Of a stretch of 64,000 bases of DNA, positions 49,906-63,828 are shown one piece after another (position 1 is the stretch's first letter; each line of letters begins with the position of its first letter). Position numbers and translations under genes: made by a program. Source of the stretch: Octopus bimaculoides (lineage: Eukaryota); contig NC_069003.1 in NCBI RefSeq assembly GCF_001194135.2, forward strand, positions 32,100,660 through 32,164,659, in the 5' to 3' direction. The notes under the pieces were generated by a model. It was not told where the DNA came from. It made no database searches and saw only the letters and a program-made list of their open reading frames with translations.

Positions 49906-50552
49906 CATGTGTGTCTCCTCCATCACCACATAACTGGTATTGGTGTATTTATGTCCCTGTAACTTAGCAGTTTGGCAAAAGAGACCCAATAGAATAAGTA
50001 CCAGGCTTAAAGAATGAAAAATAAGTCTTGGGTTCAATTTGTTTGACTAAAATTTTGTTCAAGGTGGAGCCTCAGCATGGCTGCAGTCTAATTGACCGAA
50101 ACTAACAAAAGAAAGAATTGAACTGAGGCTTAACAATAGCTTGGTATTTTTAAAAATTTTTTTTTATTTTACTTAAAGCAACCGTTCTTTGGTTGCATGA
50201 TAACCAGTAGCTGCACATTACTTTCACTGTCAAAAGCGTCATACATTAGTGACTAATGTATTTAATAAAATAAATTTTTAAAAAATGCTTGAAAAGGAAG
50301 AAAAAAAAAAACCCAAAATAAACAAAAAAAAAAAGCAGAACATGTAAAGCTTTATGTTTAGAAGAAAGTGTAAATCTAAGTAAACTTTCATGTTTATTTT
50401 ACAAATATTCCCATTTTTTTTTTCATTTATGTCTTTCATTTTTATATTCTTTGGCTTCATGTTCATGTAAATTCTCTTGGTTTGTGTTGAATAACTAACT
50501 ATTTATTCAGTTTTTCTTCTCTGTTCTATTCTATTCTATTCTTTTCTATCTA

Positions 50553-50594
<42 letters not shown>

Positions 50595-53500
50595 GTACAT
50601 GTGCTTTATTCATTAACAACATAACTATTTGGCTATAGTTGAATTAAATCTCTTCTGTAGTTCAAACTGCTTGAATTCCATTTTCTGTTATTTTTATCTT
50701 CTGCCACTAAGTGTTATGTTATTAGTTTGTACTGATTCACAATCTATATATAGTAATTTAGCTAATAAAACACTTGCTACTAACAAAAATCTAAATAGTC
50801 ATACTGTTTTATTCTTTGTAGCCTTTTAACAAGAAAACAGTGATGAAATGTTTTCTATTGTTAGTTAGCAAAATATTAATCTTAATGGCTGTTTTCAGTT
50901 TTTTTCTTTGCTCCAGTGATTTTGTTTTCTTTCTCTTTCTCTTGACATAATTTTATTAAATTCTATTATTATTTTGCTGCTTTTAATTATTGGACTGTGG
51001 CCATACTAGAACCGCTTTATTTAGTTAATCATTTTGACGTTAGTATTTATCAGTTTTAATACTTCTTTTGTTGATCCTTGTTTGTCAAACTGCAAGAATA
51101 CTGGACGTAAAAGGTCCATGAGATAATATTGTATCCTGAACCAGTGTAAACACACAAACACACGACATGTGTATGCACAAGACAAGCTTCAGTACAGTTT
51201 TTTTATCTGCTACTCATGTAATATTGGTCAACCCAAGGCTATAGTAGAAGATACTTGCTCAAGGTGCTACACATTGAGATTAAACATGGCTGCAAAGTAA
51301 ACGTTTCAACCACATAGCTATGCTTGCACCCATGTGGATAATTTTAAAGAAAATAGCATGAAAAGTTGTTTTTTTGTTTCTCTTAAAGTTGTTTAATTGA
51401 ATTTTTCTAGGATGTGTGAGATTCCATTTTCCTTCTAGACATTCTGAATTAAACTTGCTGTGATGTTTATTTCTGTTTGAATTTATTTGTTATTTATCTC
51501 ACTCTCTTCAGACTGGCTATTTCCATTAAATAAGAGTTGCTTCACATTTTTGTGGGGAGATTGTAGTGGAATATAGTTGTGAAACTGTTACCCTGTGTTA
51601 TGATCTTAATTTTCAAAATGTCTTGTACCATGAGAGTCAAAATGAATTTTTATTTTTTTATGTACATAAGATCAGGTGTGGTTGTCTGTGTGGTAAGGCG
51701 TTTGCTTCCCCACCTCATAGTTTCAGGTTCACTTCTACTGTGTGGCACCTTGGGCAAGTGTCTTCTGAAGCCCTGGCTTGACCAAATCTTTGTGAGAGGA
51801 TTTGGTAGACAGAAACCAAAAGAAGGCTATTGTGTGTGTGTGTGTGTACCTTTGTCTTGATCCCATAGTTATAAAGAAGCATCACCTACACACAAGTGAT
51901 GTTGTTTGTTTCCAGTCTTCAGTGAAAATCATATCTGGCCATGGGGAAATATTACCTTGCTTGAAAGCATGTGAGGGTTGGCAACAGGAAGCCCAGACAC
52001 AATGCATACCTAAGAAGCTTGCTTCACAACTACAAGGGTTCTGGTTTTATTCCACTGCTCAACAGCTTAAGCAAATGTCTTTTTGCTGTAGCTTTGGGAT
52101 AACTTTGTTGAGAGAAACTAGGTGGAACTAGAGTGTGTGTGTGTGTGTTTATTAGTGTGTCAAGTTCTATGCCATCATAGTTAAGAGATTGGACAGAGAC
52201 AAAATAAGTATCAGACTCAAATAAATACTGGGGCTGATTATAATTAACTGGTGCTCTTGAAGGCTGTACTCTAGTATTACTACAGTCTAGTAACTGAAAC
52301 TGTTAAAAGAGTAAAAAAAAGAGAGGTGCCTTCAGGTGAACTGTGAGCTATTTTTGATGAGCTTCAGGAAGCTTTTGTCTTGACGTATACTTAAACATAT
52401 TTATACAACAAGAACAGTTCTCTTATATCAGACTAAATACTTGTAAATAAATGAACATCTGTAAAAGCACTCTTGATGTGTCTACTTTGAACATAAATCA
52501 TGATAACTGGAAAAGACTAATCACAAGTGCCTCTCTGCTTTATTTCAACCTTTTTATAGTAGTAAACCTGATTGATAAGCTTAACCTCTGATCTAGATTT
52601 TTATCATAGCTAGTTTGCTTTGATATGGGTGCAGGCATGGTTGTGTAGTGAAGAAGTATCAGGAGCTTCTGGATCTAATTCTACAGTGAGGTACCTTGAA
52701 CACATGGTTACAATCATGGCCTTGGTTCGAATAAAGCCTTGTGAGTGAATTTTGGTCACTGGAACCTGTGAGGGTTGTTGAAGGAAAGGGCTATTTACAT
52801 TCTTGGGCGGTAGATTTAATCCATTGCTTAGTTTACAGTTTTTCACCAGCACTATCACCTGTTTTTCGAAGTTAATCTTAATCCATTACCCAGCTTACCA
52901 CCAGCACTATCGCTTAGTCCAAAGGTAACTTTAGCTGGATCTGCTCTAGTTTGAAGATCACATTCTCCTATTCCTGCACTAGTCTTGTAAGACTTTAAAA
53001 AGTGCCATGAACACCACAGTGGGATTGAACTTTAAACTCTGTAGTTGAGAAGCAAACTTCTTACCACACAGCCACACTTGTGCCTATATTTTATTGATCA
53101 TGGCAATTTGTCCAATCCATTTCCAATACTTACCTCTATTCCACTGTCATTGGAAACACTGGACTAAACAATTAATTAAACGAAGAAAAGCTGTTGAATC
53201 AGTAGAGAAGGAACAAAAAATATTCTTAATATTAATTATTGGTACAGAAATATTTAATGAGTTCATTGAAATTATGATAGAAGAGGTTTTACTTTTAAAT
53301 GTGACCACTTCAAATTGAGAGACTTTTGTGTCATGGAAACAAAACTGGTCTTAGGCAGTTTGATACGATGAAAATGTTAAATGAGTTGATGAACCAGTTA
53401 CACATAAATATAGATACTTACATTTCTTGTTTCTTTACACAGTTTTGTAATCATCTCATCACTGTTTTTAATGATATACTTCACTGCCCAGGTGTTCTAG

Positions 53501-53799
53501 TTAATTTCAAAAATAATTGAACATTTGGAAATGTTTAGAAATACTTTACTTTGACTGGAATCCCACCTAGGCCTTGCCTTGTCATTAGCTGATACTTGAT
53601 GCTGATAAGGATTGCATATTCCTCTTGCAGGTTGTGGTTTCTTACTGAGACGTGTCCCCTTCTGGGAGTCTAGAAGATAACCATGCAACAAATAATGTAG
53701 CGGTCCAAGACATAAGTTTTTTAAAGCATGCACCAGCTATATACCAGCACTCACAATATAAAACTGGAAGTTTTGTCATTGAGGTTTATTCCTCTAAGT

Positions 53800-54329
53800 C
53801 AGAGGTCGCCAAACCTTTTTCATGGTGGACCAGATAACTGAGAGAATGATGAACGCAGGCCGCATAACCGTTTTGTTCAATACAATACAGTGAATACACA
53901 AAAAATAAAGACAACCAACATATTTATTTACAAACAAGTTATCAAAGAAGGCGACATTAGCAATAAGATAGTTAGATCACACCCATATCTGCAAGCATAT
54001 CTGAATCTCACAAACTAAGCAGCAAAAATGGTTTGTGAGATTTGTGAAGCTGGTGTTTAGCTTTTTAAGATATCATCAATATTTGTTTTGGAATTGCTGC
54101 ATCCAACCAAGAGAATTGCGTTCATCAATCAACCTCGTTTGATGTGCTGACTTCACATACTTCGTGTTTGAAAATGTTTGCTCACAGACATAAGTTGTTC
54201 CAAACACTGATGCCATGCCAGAGGCAAATGCAGTTACTTACACAAAAGTACTTACAGAGTGGTGGTGGGCCAGATGAACTGACCTTGTGAACCAGATCCA
54301 GCCCACGGGCAGTAATTTGGTGACCCTTG
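53800..54329 (-). mobile_element. Internally deleted hAT (Charlie/Buster/SPIN-type) transposon, 530 bp, carrying the transposase C-terminus
   Basis: Imperfect TIRs CAGAGGTCGCCAAAC / ATTTGGTGACCCTTG; perfect 8-bp TSD CTCTAAGT at 53792-53799 and 54330-54337. Minus-strand translation with frameshifts: FASGMASVFGTTYVCEQTFSNTKYVKSAHQTRL.DE..AILLVGCSNSKTNIDDIL..KHQLHKSH. Confidence 0.92.
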
Positions 54330-54949
54330 CTCTAAGTAATGCTTATTAAAATAACTAAAACTTTATTTATTAATCTGAAGTTTGAAGTGTAATTTTTAAT
54401 AAATATTTTTGCATCAAGGTGAAAGATTCATATTTCAAATATAAATGCTTTAAAAATGAGCTAGCAAATTCTGTTGAGTCTGTTTCTTTGCTGTGAAGGC
54501 TTCATAGGACTGAAACATGTCAGGAGTTGTCACCTTACTTAGCAAACACTTTGAGCTGTGTTCTGCCTTTTTTTTTTTCATTTTGTTGCTTAACATTTCT
54601 TCTGACTCTTTACATTTTGAGTTCAAATTTTGCCAAGGTCGATTTAGCTTTTCCTCCTTTTGGCTTAGGAAAATAAGTACCAGTCAAGTACTAGAGTCGA
54701 TGTAATTATCCTGCCACTTCCCACTTAAAAATTGCTGGGCTTGTCCAAGTGTTTGATTATTTGATAGTGGCTGCCCTGCTTGTCATTATCAACACCGCCT
54801 TCATTATCATAAAGTATGCAGGGAGACAGTATACCTGGTTAAAAAACTAGATATGTTGTGTTCACATGTGAAAATATTTATATTTAAGATAAAACCTATC
54901 ATCAGTTTAGCTACAATATTAAATATTGCTCCACCAGTAATTAGTATTA

Positions 54950-55103
54950 AGGTGTGGCTGCATGGTGAAGAAGTTTACTTCCCAACCACATGGTTGTCAG
55001 TTTAATCTCACTGCATGGTATCTTGGGCAAGTATCGTCTACTATAGCTCCAAGCCAACTAAAGCCTCGAGTGGATTTGGTAGATGGAAACTGAAAGAAGC
55101 CTG

Positions 55104-55156
<53 letters not shown>

Positions 55157-55250
55157 AGTATACACACACATATGCATACATGTATATAGATGTGTATGTG
55201 TGTGTTTGTGTCATATGATAGTTGTAAATGAGTTTCACCACCATACAGTG
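54950..55250 (+). mobile_element. Family A head with expanded (TA)n tract and the start of an E2 tail
   Basis: GGTGTGGCTGCATGGTGAAGAAG...GAAAGAAGCCTGTC(ATAT)n...GATAGTTGTAAATGAG. Confidence 0.75.
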
Positions 55251-55854
55251 TCATTCATATGACATACCTAGCCCAAATATTCTACCTGTTTTATGTTGAA
55301 ACTGACTAGATCCAGCCACTCACACCTACCCTACAACACCATTCTAAAAATATACAAATGCACCATTGAAATCTTGAAGCTACAAGATAATATCGACCAA
55401 TTCTCAAAACAATGTGAATAAATAAGCAATGCGTTTGACAAAGAAATCTGAATGCTACAGGGTTAAAATGAGAAGTTTCAGATCGTAGATACAAAGGCAC
55501 TCTCAGCCAGACTGATATCAAAAGCATTTATGTTACTTAGACTAAATACTAGTACAAAATTATGTAGTATTGTCAGTGTTAATACTTTTTCGTCTGTTTT
55601 GTTTTGTTTCATTTTGCTGCCTGTTTTTTTTTTTTTGCTTCTTAAACAACTTTTCCAACTGGAGCAAGAGTAAACATTCTAGAAATATTGGTTATGCTGT
55701 GAATTTTTGACTATTTACCAATTCACTGCTATTTAAGTGCTATTATATTCTCCCGCCGCCCCACACGCACTTGAAATGTGTCGAGTGTCGCATTGCCTGC
55801 AGACATTCACCTGTAAATGTGCATTCATGAAAATATAAGCTCTATTTAAAGATA

Positions 55855-55981
55855 CATATGTGTTTGTGTGCGTGTATGCATGTGTGTATTATACAATTAT
55901 TTACATTTTCGTTTGTTTATCATCATAAATGTGTTCAGCTGCCTAGATGCATATATATATATAATATATATATATGCATGT

Positions 55982-56022
<41 letters not shown>

Positions 56023-56545
56023 CATGCATGTATGTGTATAGACACACACACATACATATATCCATGCATATATACATATATATATAAGCATGTATATATC
56101 TACATTATATATATATTATATGCATGTGTGTGTGTTTTTGAATGTTGTTTTCACTGTCCATTTTTTCCTGTCTTGGTTTGTGTTTGCCACCTTGGAATCC
56201 TCTGTGTAGTGGGTTGATCCACTACTCAGGAAGAGACTATTCTAGAGTACGTTCTGTCTTATCTTCGAAACGTCCAGATAGAATAGAGACAGCTGATGAA
56301 GGGATATTCCAAGTGGCTTTCCGTTTTCCTATGTGTTCGTTCCGTTGTCTGTAGTTTATTGTTCTAACGTCCTGTACCCTGATATGCATGTATATACACA
56401 TGTAGATGTAAGTATGTACATATATGTGTGTATACATGTATATATATTCTTTGTATTATATATATAAACACATACATAAATGCATGCTCATGCAAACGTA
56501 CAAGTATATAGGTCTACATACCCACATGTATATACAATGCATGTG

Positions 56546-56586
<41 letters not shown>

Positions 56587-56596
56587 NNNNNNNNNN

Positions 56597-56640
<44 letters not shown>
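55855..56640. repeat. Compound AC/TA microsatellite region enclosing the 56255 repeat and a 10-N gap
   Basis: Directly visible. Confidence 0.85.
56255..56425 (+). repeat. Dispersed repeat with TTCGAAACGTC...CAGCTGATGAAGG motif, copy 2
   Basis: Colinear with the reverse complement of 49720-49905, including AACGTCCTGTACCC.GATATGCA. Confidence 0.6.
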
Positions 56641-56642
<2 letters not shown>

Positions 56643-58329
56643 TCTTGAAATGTGTTGTAAATAAATAACTTTTTTTTATTTCTATGTTTTAGATAACACT
56701 TGTCTTTGTCATAGAATTTATAATTCTAAATGCAAGGAATCGTACTTTACAAAAGCCAAGATCAATATTAACTTCCTAGTTATATCATCAGCACTAAATA
56801 GATGTCATTTTTGATATATGAGGTGGTAAAGCTTAGGTTATGCATAATATCATGAGAGTACTAATGAAAATGCAATAACGAATATAATTTTTGTAATGGT
56901 AGACTTATTAAAGATTTTAAAATATGTTGTGTCATGCATGAAATTAGCTACTTTAAAAAAAAAACAAAGAAAAAAACGTTTTTTTCTTTTAATTTTGAAA
57001 TTCAATATATTTTATATAATGGTCTCTTTTTACCTCATGAAATTTCAGATATAGTACACTGTAATATGTTGTAATTATGTTCTTTTGAGATGAAGGAAAT
57101 TGAAGATAGTGTTGTGTGCGTATGTAATTTCATATTAGATGTATTTATGGCTGTTTATATATATATATCATCATTATCATTATTTAACATCCACCCTTCT
57201 ACACTCAGATGGGTTGTACAGGGTCACACACACACACACACACATATATGGGGGCAAAGTGGCTGAGTTCCTTTTGAGTGGTGCGCCTTACAGAGGCAAT
57301 GACCAAGACCTTTGACATTATGTCGTACTTGAGAAGAGGAGCATGAGGAGGTGGAGTGAGAGAGAGGAAAAGGGAATGCGAAAGTGAGAGAGAGAGCAGA
57401 TAGCCAACCACTGCATTATGCTGTCACTCTTGTGGTTAGTGAATGGAAGTGAGAGGTGAAGAGAAACAGCGAGATGTTAAAGACATGAAGAGGAGAATTA
57501 CATGGTTAAAAAGTCTGTTGAGGAAGTAGAGAGAAAGAGAGAAATATAAAGTGCTTAGCAGAAGGAAATTTTAATATTATATAATATATTATTGTGACTG
57601 GAAGTGAAATAACTAAAAGAAATCAAAATAAAAATGCAAACCATCCTTGCTTGCTTAAATAGCTTCTCTTAAGCTTTTTCGTTCTGAGGAATTTCCATGG
57701 TGCCCACGAGTCAAAATGCATAATTCTATGATGGGCTGTAGTAGGTGAATGACATGTACCCAAGGTGCTATGCAGAAGGATCAAACACACAACTATGTGA
57801 TTGTGAATTGGAATTCTTTATCACATAGTTATGCACGTGGTTCTGCAGAGGCAAAAATGATAGAATAAATATCATATTGAATGAACTTAGTAACACACAG
57901 GCCTTATCTACAGTAGCACATAGGTCTTATCTGTAGGCATATTCTCGCTCATTTTGGTAGGATATTTATTTCTATATATCCCAAACTTTCCTCTTCTATC
58001 TCAGTATCAACTCGACATGTCTTCCTAACACAAAGCTCACTCAAACCAATGAGGGAGTATCTTACTAGATTATGGGAAATGCTAGAAAAAGCAACCAAAT
58101 TCCCCTCAAATATTACCTTAACGCTTTAAGCACACATTTTGGATAATATTGTTGAATACATTGTTTTAAAATATGATAGTGACAGTTTGATTAAGATTCA
58201 TCTAGAGTTAAACATCAGCAAAAGAAGCTCCTAACATGAGATAAAGGAGCCATCTTCATTCAGCTAAAATTCTTCAAGGTGGTGCCCCAGCATGGCTGCA
58301 GCCTAATAACTGAAACAAGTAAAAAATAA

Positions 58330-58635
58330 AAAGGTGTGTGTGTGTGTGTGTGTATGTGTGTGTGTGCATATGTCAGTGTGTGTTGTCTCCTTGCCTTCAT
58401 ATCATGAGATAGTTGTAAACAAGTGTCACTGTCATACAAGTGACGTTCTTCACTTTCAGTCTTTTGTGGAAACGTCTGGTTATGGGGAAATATTTGGAAA
58501 CCTTATTTGGAAACAGACGAGGGTTGGTGACAGGAAGGGCATCTGCCTGTAGAAAATCCATCTCAACAAATTCTGTCTGACCCATGCCAACATGGAAAAG
58601 TGGATGTTGAAATGTTAACAATGATGGTGATGAAG
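58330..58635 (+). mobile_element. E2-type SINE tail beginning in a (GT)n tract
   Basis: ...GAGGGTTGGTGACAGGAAGGGCATC...CCCATGCCAACATGGAAAAGTGGATGTT...GATGGTGATGA. Confidence 0.75.
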
Positions 58636-59235
58636 TTTTGTTCTCATGTTCTCAAATGGCTAAACTGGCTCTTCTACAAAGTAATTGCTTCAGTTTCTGT
58701 AACACATGGTCTCTGATTACGTTACTCGTTAAATGAGTATAACTCTGAAAAGATTCTTGCATAAAGTCTCCATGAAATATTTTAATTTATATCTGAATGC
58801 CTTTAAAATGAGACAAATTTGTATAATAGAACCAGCAGAGGTGATTGGTCTCCTACAGGTCGGTATCACAAGGGTTAAATGTAATTTTGCTGTAGTGATA
58901 GGTCGTTGTATTTTATTAATTTGATAATCCTAATAGCCAATACTTTACTACTTAATCAATTGTTCTCTTGTTGTAATCTTGTATTGAAAGACTGGGTTTA
59001 CCGACAGTAAATCTACTGTGTGGACAAATTTATTCAGTGAAGCTGATATAATTATTGTAGTTTTCTCCCAACTCTCTTAAACTTTAAACTCATTCATTGT
59101 TAACTTGACAATTTTTTCGTTTTTGATTTTAATCTGTATAGATAGCTTATCTAAGTTATGAGTTGGTATGTAAACAATTTTTTAATGTGTACAAACTTGA
59201 AATGTCATTAAAACTTAATATATTTTTTTTATTTT

Positions 59236-59266
<31 letters not shown>

Positions 59267-59639
59267 CATTATCGTGAAAGCAGTGAGCTGGAAGAAATTA
59301 CCATTCTGGAGAAAATGCTTAGTGCCACTTCTGGCTTTATATACTGAGTTCAAATGCCACTGAGGTCAACTTTGCCTTTTATCCTCTCAGGGCTGGAAGA
59401 ATGCTGGGAGTTGGTGTAACTAACTTACCCCTTATCCAAAAGTTGCTGGCTGTGTGCCTGATTTGAAACCATTATTATTATGGAAAAGGTGGAAAGCAGG
59501 CAGAATTGTTACCACATGAGACAAAAATGCTTCATAACATTCCTTGCAGTTTTACATTCTGAGTTGAAATGCCATCAAAGTTGACTTTGCCTTCCATCCT
59601 TTCAGGGTTGATAACATAAAGTACAAGTCAAGTACTGGG

Positions 59640-60056
59640 TCAGACTTTTTTATTGTGGTAGATTTTCTATGATCAAATTTCCTTCTTGATGCCAACCCTT
59701 ACCTGTTTCCTATCGAGGTAATGTTTTCCACATGGCCAGACATGTTCTCACAGAATATTGGAAATGACCCGCACTGCTTGTATGACAGCGATGCCCATTT
59801 TGACAACTATCATGTAATGTCAAGCCAAGGAAACTTTAATGCATGCATGCGTGCGTGCGAGCACACATATGCAAACACACACTCGCGCACACACATATAC
59901 AGATATGAGAGGCTTCTTTCAGTTTCTGTCTACAAAATCCATTCATAAGACTTTGGTTGGCCTACAGCTATGGTAGAAGACACTTGCACAAGGACTCAAC
60001 CTGGAACCACGTGGCTGGGAAGCAAACATCTTATCATACAGCCATGCTTGTGCCTG
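59640..60056 (-). mobile_element. Family A head with E2 tail
   Basis: Same architecture as 21455-21840 and 33160-33500. Confidence 0.7.
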
Positions 60057-60083
60057 AACACGAAAATGTGTGTGTGTATGTAT

Positions 60084-60139
<56 letters not shown>

Positions 60140-60198
60140 NNNNNNNNNNNNNNNNNNNNNNNNNNNNNNNNNNNNNNNNNNNNNNNNNNNNNNNNNNN

Positions 60199-60243
<45 letters not shown>

Positions 60244-60842
60244 GTTTTGACTTATACTCAACAATGAACTCATTTTTCTTCTATGTTATATATATATATA
60301 TGGTATGTTGACATATGTTGCTAAGTGGACCTAAAAATCATGCTAACAACCCTTCCCTCTCCCCCCAAAATTCAAATTGCTGCTGCAACCACATTCCTAA
60401 TACTTAGGAAGAGGAGAAGGAAGCAATTAATAGTGCAAACAAACCCCTATTTTTGCTGCTGGAGATATTTTTACAACTTGGCAAGGCCAACCTACTCCAC
60501 ATACACACTTTAAGCAGCTGGCTAAAATCCAACAAGTCTTCCTCAACATCCATCTCATCTCGATATAAATCGGGCTTGTTAGCTTTGGCTTAATTGCAGA
60601 GATCTAACAGGTAGTACCTGCGTTAATAATGATAGATGCCATATAATAAATGTGGCAATTATATGTATTTTCAGTTAACAACAGATCTACCTTTCTCTGC
60701 CCCCTAACCGCACAATGAGCCAATGACAAATCAACAGGGAAGTTTCTGTGTGGTTGCTGAATCTCCTAGAAATAGCAGCCACATCTCCAAAACTTTCATA
60801 AATTAAAAAGGGAAACCCAACTAAATGAAGAATTCTCTTCTT

Positions 60843-61455
60843 CAGGGCTCCCCAACCTCTAGGCCACAGACCAATACCAAGCTGCAGATTATTTGGTACC
60901 AGACCACTGAGAATGAACAAAATGAATTTTAAAATTTTATTTCTCTTTTATTGACTATTGCAGTCTGCAAAGTGGTTCTGCATTATATCATCATCATCAT
61001 CATCATAATTTAACATCCGTTGTCCATGCTGGTATGGGTTGGATGGTTTGACCAGGGCTGGCACGCTGGGAAGCTGCACCAGACTCCATTCTGATTTGGC
61101 ATGGTTTCTATGGCTAGATGCCCTTCCTAATGCCAACCACTCTGAGAGTTTAATGGGTGCTTTTATGTGGCACCAGCATGACACCAGTATCTGCCATGAC
61201 TATAATTTTGCTTGGCTTGATGGGTCTTCTTCTCAAGCACAACATAATGCCAAAGGTCTTGGTCATTGTCTCTGATGATGATGATGATGATGATGATATA
61301 ATGAGGATTGCTCTCATTAATCTTCTATGTGAGGAATTCTGTAGAGAGAAGGGGTCCCCAACTACAAGGTCACAGGCCAATACTGGGCCATGATTCATTT
61401 GGTACTGGGCCACACAGAAAGAATAAATTTTAAAATTTTATTTCTCTTGTATTTA
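60843..61455 (+). mobile_element. Two hAT left ends (~105 bp each, at 60843 and 61349) flanking a family E copy (60985-61290, minus)
   Basis: CAGGGCTCCCCAAC... and AAGGGGTCCCCAAC..., each ending AATTTTAAAATTTTATTTCTC. Confidence 0.55.
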
Positions 61456-61571
61456 CTAACACAATCTAGAGAGTGTTTTTTTATTGATATATGTATTATA
61501 TGTTTAATAATCAAGTTATTTATCCTCAACTAAAAGTGAATGTTGTGATAGAACACAAAATGCTGCAATAG

Positions 61572-61733
61572 ATACTGTGAGAAAACCTCTCATATGGGTT
61601 TGTAGTGCATATAGGCACTCTAGTTTATATCGCTAATGGGAGATAATCAACTGCCATCAGCTATATAAACACAAGTGCTAATGTGCACCACATGTCCATA
61701 TGAGAGTTTCTCTCATGGAAACCTTCACAGTAT
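61572..61733. repeat. Long imperfect inverted repeat (foldback or hairpin)
   Basis: 62-bp arms at 61578-61639 and 61654-61715 match at 48/62, with a 14-nt loop; outer closure ATACTGTGA/TCACAGTAT. Confidence 0.85.
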
Positions 61734-62529
61734 TCTGTGTTCTAATATAACAGCCATTTTTAAGTGGGGATAAATATTACTTTTTTGTATTAATACTGCT
61801 TCTGTTGCTATTAATTATTATTCATTAATTAAATTATTTATTACAACCCTAAACCCTTTTGCATTCAGATTAATTTATCAAATGTAATGCTTATTTATCC
61901 AAATGATCATGTAGTATCTTGTAGCTTCAAGATTTTGAAGATGTGATTGTTTAGTTTCAGAATGACATTGTAGGGTAGGTGTGAGAGGCTGTATCTGGCC
62001 AGTTTCAACATAAAACAGGTAGACTATTTGATCCAGATATGGCTGGTTTAAATGCTAAAGTGTTAATGTGTTTTATTATGTCCGTGATCCCCAGTTCAAG
62101 TAATAATTGTCTTGCATGAAACAGCTTCACGGTGCAAAAAATAAAAGGTTATGGACTGCTTCTGTAGACCACTTATTTTCAATACATTTCAAATGGAAAG
62201 GCAAGTGTGTTTGTGTGCATGTGCACATGAACATGGATACCCCATGGACTTTCATAAGGTGTCTATTTACTAAATTCTATTTAAATAGATCAATCCAAAA
62301 CTATGAGAGAAAATGCTTACCCAAGATGCCTTGAACCTAAATCCACATAGATGTGAAACAATTTTCTCAACTAGATAGCTATACCTTGATTTATATATCG
62401 TTTCACAAGTGCACTTGGTTTTCAATTTTATTGGTTTTTACAAGAAATTTTGATAGCTCTACACAAATAAGAAATTTATAGAAAGTTTTTTTTAAGCTTG
62501 TCAAAATATAAAGATATATTTGTCTGTGA

Positions 62530-63091
62530 GTGTGTATATACGCATTTATGTTTGTGTATATGTACAAATATACATATATAGATCTATATACACTTTCATT
62601 TATATATGTAAATTTATATGTATGGATATATATGTATATATATATATGTGTGTGTCAGTGTGTATTGTATATATGGATATGTAAATATATATGGAGATGT
62701 ACATGTGTTTTGTACTGGCAGGTGTTTATATATGCGCATATATGTGCATATAAGTGTATATATATATATGTATGTGTGTGTATATGTGTGTATGTGTATA
62801 TATATTTACGAATATATATAAATGTATGTATATATATGTATGAATGTATATATGTATATATATGTATGAATATGTATATATATATATATGTGTATATATA
62901 TATGTATGAAAATATATATGTATGTATATATATATATATGTATGTATATATGTATGAGTATATGTATATATATATGTTTATGTATGTGTGTATATATATA
63001 TATATGTGTGTGTGTGTGCATAAAAGTATGTGTATATATGTGTGTGTGTATAAAAGTTTGTGTACATATCGCACACATGTATGTGTGTATA

Positions 63092-63153
<62 letters not shown>

Positions 63154-63350
63154 TATATATACACATACATATGGGTACATGTGTGTGTGATATGTACATA
63201 TATGTGTGTTAGTTTTCGGTAATAATTATCAATGGAAAACACTCAGTGAGAAACTTTCAAACAAAACTTGTAACATTCTTATCACCTATACATACATACA
63301 TACGTACGTACATACATACACACATACATACTTATATATATATATATATA
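62530..63350. repeat. Large compound TA/TG/TATG microsatellite; another block at 63685-63827
   Basis: Directly visible. Confidence 0.95.
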
Positions 63351-63722
63351 TATTATTTTTATTATTTGTTATTTTCCATTCTTTATACGAGAGGAAAAAA
63401 AAAACCCACAGCAAAACCTACCCCGAAAAAAAAACAAACGCTTTGTTCTCCTGAGATTGTAGTTCTTTCAGCCATCACAGTCTAATCTTCCATCAGGTTT
63501 TTATTAGATTATTGGCTCTTCTTTATAGTCCAGTTGGTTTGTTCGTTCTTCCTCTCTTGCATCATGGTGCACACAGTCTCAGCAAAATCTTGACAGCAAA
63601 CCAAAAACAATATATAGACCATTGAAATTTGTGATGATCTCAAAATTCTGGTTCTTTCTCTCTTTCCCTCTCTATATTTCTTTGTATGTGTATACACATA
63701 CACACACAGATATATGTATTCA

Positions 63723-63828
<106 letters not shown>

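Noticed and set aside
54870-54910. CTGATGA-TAGG/CTTA stem on the minus strand (also CTGATGATGAAAC at 20159)
   Set aside because: The first has no GAAA after the stem. The second has no stem II and lies in a probable MITE end.
60434-60568. IFAAGDIFTTWQ, resembling the FAD-binding motif of PYROXD1-type oxidoreductases
   Set aside because: It is preceded by two stops and a purine-rich non-acceptor, and the similarity does not continue into the expected downstream motif. Probably chance; BLASTX would settle it.
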